Part shown: in pieces, positions 12,055 through 17,554 of the stretch
Numbering within the stretch: the stretch's first letter is position 1
Layout: each line of letters begins with the position of its first letter
Program-made: the position numbers and the translations under genes
DNA from: Paecilomyces variotii
Taxonomy: Eukaryota
NCBI GenBank assembly: GCA_004022145.1
Contig: RCNU01000049.1
DNA: 17,554 bases
Direction: 5' to 3' (one strand)
Notes under the pieces: generated by a model
Seen by the model: only the letters and a program-made list of their open reading frames with translations
The model's database searches: none
What the model was told of the DNA's origin: nothing

Positions 12055-15000
12055 ATGTTTTATCTCTAGCCAATATATATTTAGCAGAAGGTTTAGATGA
12101 GGATATTAAAATAATCTTAAAATTAGCATTTTTATTAAAAGATTAATTATTATTATTATCTAAAGGTATATTATAGGGATTATTAGGATTAAATAGTAAA
12201 TAAGATTGATTTATTTAATAATTAGCAGCTTTTTAATTCTGTTAGTCTAAAAGATATGTTTAGTATATATTTAAAGATATATTAAACTTTTATCTTACTA
12301 TTTCTTTGTATCTATTAGGAGATCTATATAATATTACTATAGTTTTATTATGTATTATTAATACTATAGCTAAAAAGCTTTTGTTATTTAATAATATCTT
12401 CTATATATTATTATAGACTAAATATAAATTAGCCTTATTAGTATTTAATCTATATTAGACAGATATTAAGTATATGCTGAATATAAATATACCGTTAAAT
12501 AGCTTTTAGTAAAGATAGGTTTCTCCCTATATTATAATTATCTTAAAAGTAATTATTTTTAGATAATCTAATATGCTTTTAAGTATAACTCCACTATTTA
12601 AAAGGGATTTTTAATATTTCCTATAATAATACAGTAAGAATCTATAGTTTTATTTTGCTTTAAAGCTATTTTTTAGTATCTAGATATTCCTTACCCTATT
12701 AGTATATAGTTTAAAGGATTTTTTAGTAAGAATATAGATCTTATAGATATTTTAGTTAATAAATAAGGGGATAGGATTTTTTAAATTTTTTGTAGAAATT
12801 GTATTTAATATATATTTAGTAGAAGATAAATATATACTTAAGATATTTTTGCTAATCAAGGGAAGGATAAATAAAATATAAGTAGTTACTAAAGCCTAAA
12901 TATATTTAGTATATACTCTGCATCTATTAAGATAATATTAATTAGGTGCTTATTTTTTGTATATATCTATAATAATAGTTTATATCCCTTCTCTATTTAA
13001 AATATGTGCCTATTAAATATATTAATATACAGCTTATAATAATGTTTGAAATAATAATTTAAATATTTAAAAATATATATAATAAGTTTATAGAGAGATA
13101 AAAGTATAGTAATAAATATTAATCCTTAATATAAAGTTAGTATATGCTAAATGCATAATAAGGAGAAGTTAAATATATGTCTAGCTTTAGAATTCCAGCT
13201 TAAGATTAAAAAGATATTTATATTTCTAAGTACTATCTTATAAGCTAAATCTATTTTAAGATATTTAGCTTTTATAAATGCTTTTGCTTGAGTATTTATA
13301 TAATAAATAATAATATATTCTTTAGTTTTATTAATATTAATTGCGCGAATCTATTATTTATCACTTTTTCTATATTAGTTAAACTTATACTCTCGCATAA
13401 TCCCTATATAGTATTAGTATATATAAAATATATAATAAGAATAGATTCTAACTAGCAATATTTAAATTAAATAGGTATTATAGAAGTTTTTGTTTTTAAA
13501 TTAAATAAATAATTTTATCCTTAATATTTAAAGAAGCTCTAATTGAATTTAGAGCTTAACCTTAATATTTTTACTTAAATATATATATTTTAGGAGATAT
13601 TAAGAATTTGTCTATAAATATCTGGTCAGCATATATAGAATATAGGCTTAAGGTATATATAATATATGCGCAGTTATAGTAAGAATATCTCCTTAATTAA
13701 TTAAATCTGTGAGTTTTTAAATAAAATCTTAACTCAACTTAATTAATAATAGAGGAAAATATATATAATCTTCTTAATAAATAAAAAGAATAAAAGGAAA
13801 ATAATCCTAATTATAAGAAATAAAAATATTAATTAAAGCATTATATTCTTTATATAGGACTTTAGATATATCTTAAGGGTAGTTAAATCCTAGACCTATA
13901 GTTAATATATGCCTAGTATATATAGAGTAAATACCTACCGCAAATTATGTGCCTTAAAGTAGTATAGTTAATATAGATATAAGTAGATTAAATAGGAGTA
14001 TTAGTATTATATATCTTATAAGCTATTAAGATATATAAATAAGGCATATAAATTTAAGCTGTATATATAGAGATAGCTTATATAGTATACTATAGTTTAA
14101 AATTATTTGCTAATAAGCAATTAATAAAGGTAACTGGTGGTTAAGGATATATTTAACATATGCTAAGATTAAATATAGAGTTAAACTTACTTTATGCTAT
14201 TTAAAGATTACTGGAGTTTAATTTAAATATACCTATATTTTATTTTCTAGATAAAAATAATGCCCTACTGATTATTAATTTTAAAAATAAAGAAATCTAT
14301 TATACTAATTTTTAGTTTCTTTTTTAAGAAATTTATTAGCAGAAGTAGTATTGGATATATAGCTTACTTCTTTATAAAGCATTTTAAAGATATTTAATTT
14401 AATATAGTTATATTTATAGTATTGTCTAAATATATGCTCTAGTATATACTTATAATATTTAATGCCGCTATATTTATATGCCTAATAATATGCCTTGCTT
14501 TAAATTTTATTCTTTTTATCCTTTTAAAAAAGTAGGAGAGATAAGGTCTTATAATCACCTTAAGTATAGAGCTTAAACTAGATCTAAGCTATATTTAGTA
14601 TATGCTTATAATATATTAAATATCTGCTTAAGATAAGGTATAGATATACCTTTAATAAAAGTTATTGAAATATTCAATAGATATTTATATTAGAATAGTT
14701 ATAAGGCAAAGAATTTTTTTAGTAGATAAAATATAAGATATTATTAAAATAAGTTATTAGATATTTAAGAATAGATAATTTATCCTAAATATTATTAACT
14801 ATAATCTTAGAGATATTACTGTAGCTAATAATAATACCTATAAGAGAAATAGTTTTTTAGATATACTTAGCATATACCCTGCTAGAATTTATATAAAAAG
14901 AATATATTTAATTAAGTCCTATATAAAGAGGAAATTTAGGATATATCTTAAATTTTTTATTTTTACTTTTTATATAAGAATAGATACTGCTTTAATTGCT

Positions 15001-15447
15001 TATTATATCTTTAAACTAGTTTAGGTATACTTTATAAAAGTTATAGTTCTGTATAAGTTTGCTCTGTAGTAAGTTAGCGTCTAGTCTAAATATAATAAAT
15101 ATTAAATATATATTTAGTATTTGCTAGGCCTCTGTAGGAATTATATTAATATATTTAAACAGGAATATTATACAGCTATTAATTGAGAATATTATTAATT
15201 TAGCTATTAGTTATAGTTACTTAATTCTTGGCTATTTTTAGGTATTTAGGGAAAAAGTAATAGTATTTAGCTTTATATTAGCTATTATATATGTATATAT
15301 TATAAATTTTAAAGAGTTTTATTATATAAATATTATTATTAATTCTTAGATAGGCTAATCTTATATTAATTATGCAATTGGCTTATGCCGAGCTTATACT
15401 TGATCTGTGTATAAGATGGGTTAAGCTCAACCCAGCTAAGGATGAGC

Positions 15448-15512
15448 TCTAGGATAGGTTGAGCTCTTAGGGTAGGCTGAGCTCGGCCCCGGCTAGGCCG
15501 AGGTATATGCCC
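15448..15512 (-). repeat. Right TIR of MULE
   Basis: Reverse complement gggcatatacctcggcctagccggggccgagctcagcctaccctaagagctcaacctatcctaga. A subterminal near-palindrome gggttaagctcaaccc lies at 15418-15433. Confidence 0.93.
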
Positions 15513-15875
15513 TTTTATAAGTATTACTATAAGCATATTATTAATATAAATAATAATATATTATTCTCTATTTAATATAAGGATATAAAGATCTTTTTTT
15601 TAATAATATAGATCTTATTTTATAAAGTTTATCTATAAGTATTATATTTTATAAGTTAGCAGATTCTTATAATTTATATAGGATATAATAAAATAAGCAG
15701 ACTTAATATTTTTTTTATAATAAATTCTATTAGCTATTATATATAAATTTAATTATTATTTAATAAGGCATTTAAATAAGCTATAATAATATTATATTAA
15801 ATTTAATATAACTTATATATAATAATAAGGGTTAAGAATAGTTTAATAATTATCTTACTTACTACTAGTATAGTA
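15513..15875 (-). pseudogene. Ty1/Copia RT relic, copy B (5' part, containing YVDD)
   Basis: The minus strand reads IAYLNA and IIIYINNMLI (YVDDML at 15537-15548). It aligns with copy A ~6875-7208 as reverse complement. Confidence 0.88.
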
Positions 15876-17554
15876 GGGAGAAATAGTAGTTAAAGAGGTT
15901 CTAAAGATATAATTAAATTAGCAAGTCATATGCTATTATTAGAAGAGGTAGCTTAAATACTTCTAATAAGGCAGAGAAGAGGCGAGAGAGATTAATTAGT
16001 TAATATAGAATAAAATAGGCAATTCCCCTTTTAATTATTATTTAGTATTAGTTTAGTAATAAAACAGCTTCTACTTATTATATTATTTTACTATTAAAGC
16101 TTCTCTTCTAGCTCTATCTTAAGCCCTAAAAAATAGAGCTCTCTTTCTCTTTCTCTATTTTTTTATACTCTAAAACTTACTGCTGAGTTTTAATATCTTA
16201 TCCTATAATAAATTAAAGCTAAATATAGGGGGCATTAAAATATTAAATAGAAATAAAGGAGAAAAGAGAATTAAAAGCTAAGATTAAGGCTAAAGCTAAA
16301 GAAAGGAGTAAAAAATAATAAAAAGATAAATAAAATAATTAAAGAAGATTACTATTATAAATAGAAAGAGATAAATATATCTTTTAGATTAATAAGGATA
16401 GTAAATATAATATAAGGTAAAAATATATATTAGCAATAAGAGAAAAAAAAGACTGCTAAATATAAGAAAGAGCTTAATAAGTATAAAAAAAAATAGAGAT
16501 TTAAAAAGAATAGGAAATTATTAAATAAAAACTATTTATTAAAAAGTAGAAGAATTTCTTACTATTATCTTTATTACTATTTTTTTAAAAAAATATAAAA
16601 AAAAATACTAATCTTTTTAGTATTAATTAAGATAAAAAGACTTTTAGCTCCTTAATATTACTAGGTCTAGAGGTATAAATAGCTTAAGTATTTAAAAATA
16701 TAGGACTATTAATAATATAGCTAATTTAGATTATATTAGCTCCGCAGATGCTAATACTTAAAAATCCTAAGATATTATATTTTAAAAGGGATAATATTAC
16801 TTATTATCTAAGATTTTTTAAGAGGCTATATAAGGCAAATTAACTCTTAAAAAAGGAGAAAATTAAATAGTTTATAAACTATTATAGCCTATTAATATTA
16901 TTATAAATAAATACTTAATCTAAATATAAAAAAAAAATTATCTAAAATTAGCAGAAGTAACTAAATAAGAATATATTTATTATAATAAGTATTAAAGGAA
17001 ATATAATATTTAATAACTAAAAAGGTTTAAAAATATAAAATATAATAGCTCTAAGAACTTAAAAGAGTATAATTAAGAATATTAAGCTATATTAAAAGCG
17101 CTAATAACTTTAAATAAGTTAAGCTGATATTTATAGGGAGTTTAATATCTTTAAAGATTTTTAGAGAAGCTTAAGTAATAAATAATTTAAGAGTTAAATA
17201 TAGATTACTATACTTTATCTACTATTAAATATATTAATTTCTATAAAAAAATAATAAATAGGGTAAGAATAACTAAAACCCTTCGCTATCTTAATAGTAG
17301 TAAACTAGAGAAAGATTAAGATATAGCGGCTTTAATAAAGGAAAAGGTAATTAAAGAAAATAATATATAATTTCTTATTAAATCTAATAAAACCTATTTA
17401 GATAAGAATAAGAGTAGGACTAAATAATAAAGTATTAAAGTAAAGTTAATAAAGCAGTTATAGATTAATTAATTAATAAAAGAGTTTAAGAAATTAAAAC
17501 TATATAGTATATAGTATATAGGGAGGCCTAATAATAATATATCTAATATTAGTA
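15876..17554 (+). mobile_element. Probable Ty3/Gypsy LTR-retrotransposon 5' region (LTR/UTR plus gag relic), running off the window
   Basis: Abruptly replaces Copia copy B. From 16766 it reads PKILYFKRDNITYYLRFFKRLYKAN*LLKKEKIK*FINYY (P.MPYF.GDDITHYLR.FERLC....S..EK...F.DYC), similar to fungal Gypsy gag N-termini as I recall them. LTR boundaries are not resolved. Confidence 0.5.

Larger units (their letters stand above)
10790..15290 (-). pseudogene. MULE-type DDE transposase relic with introns and a repetitive C-terminal tail
   Basis: Minus-strand motifs: LKYLITY..NISYF region (EYP..DG..Y) at ~14760; KYSGIKYYKY (CSGIKCCEY) at ~14460; FPFILFIY*EDYIYFPLLL (..HTHFPPP, zinc-finger end) at ~13750-13800; QAKAFIKAKYLKIDLAYKIV (first catalytic D) at ~13250; GI*TIIIDIYKK*AP (second D) at ~12965; IFY*IYIKYNF (FCxxHxKRNF) at ~12810; KHIRLSKNNYF*DN..GRNLSLLKAI (HTGLSES.HFQDN, catalytic E) at ~12560. 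Introns at 14134-14190 and 13896-13938. Both ends are approximate. Confidence 0.85.
8823..15512 (-). mobile_element. Full-length Mutator/MULE DNA transposon (6690 bp), RIP-inactivated, two genes
   Basis: 65-bp TIRs at 8823-8887 and 15448-15512, and a 9-bp TSD ttttataag (8814-8822, 15513-15521). The flanks rejoin into a continuous Copia RT. A MULE-type transposase lies inside. Confidence 0.93.

Noticed and set aside
8823-15512. AcademH or another 9-10-bp-TSD superfamily; 10-bp TSD
   Set aside because: No helicase motifs were seen, and the D..D..CxxH..E layout fits MULE. The tenth base (C) precedes both elements and is not duplicated on the right, so it belongs to the TIR and the TSD is 9 bp.
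1-17554. Organellar, endosymbiont or Plasmodium-like AT-rich genome, or an alternative genetic code with TAA/TAG=Gln
   Set aside because: Catalytic residues are themselves altered by transitions (YVDD>YINN, C>Y, W>stop) and CpA/TpG are specifically lost. That is RIP decay, not recoding. No tRNA or rRNA was seen.

Overview
Extremely AT-rich eukaryotic DNA with the signature of fungal Repeat-Induced Point mutation (RIP): CpA/TpG are almost absent, TpA is in excess, and reading frames are full of TAA/TAG. No intact gene is present. The window is a nest of dead transposons, readable by mentally reversing C>T/G>A changes. In order: (1) 3' part of a Fot1/pogo DNA transposon (1-1740); (2) Ty1/Copia gag with an N-terminal ~250-bp tandem duplication and a CCHC knuckle; (3) unassigned degenerate coding-like DNA interrupted by a 519-bp Mutator-family MITE with a 9-bp TSD; (4) a Copia RT copy (+) interrupted by a 378-bp TA-flanked pogo-like MITE; (5) a second copy of the same Copia (-, RT-RNase H), split by a complete 6.69-kb Mutator (MULE) element (8823-15512, 65-bp TIRs, 9-bp TSD); (6) the start of a probable Gypsy element. 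The MULE carries an intron-containing DDE transposase with a 147-bp C-terminal repeat array plus a second, convergent, intron-containing gene of unknown function. All 'de-RIPed' protein motifs are my by-eye reconstructions (inference), not database results. Most coding boundaries are approximate.
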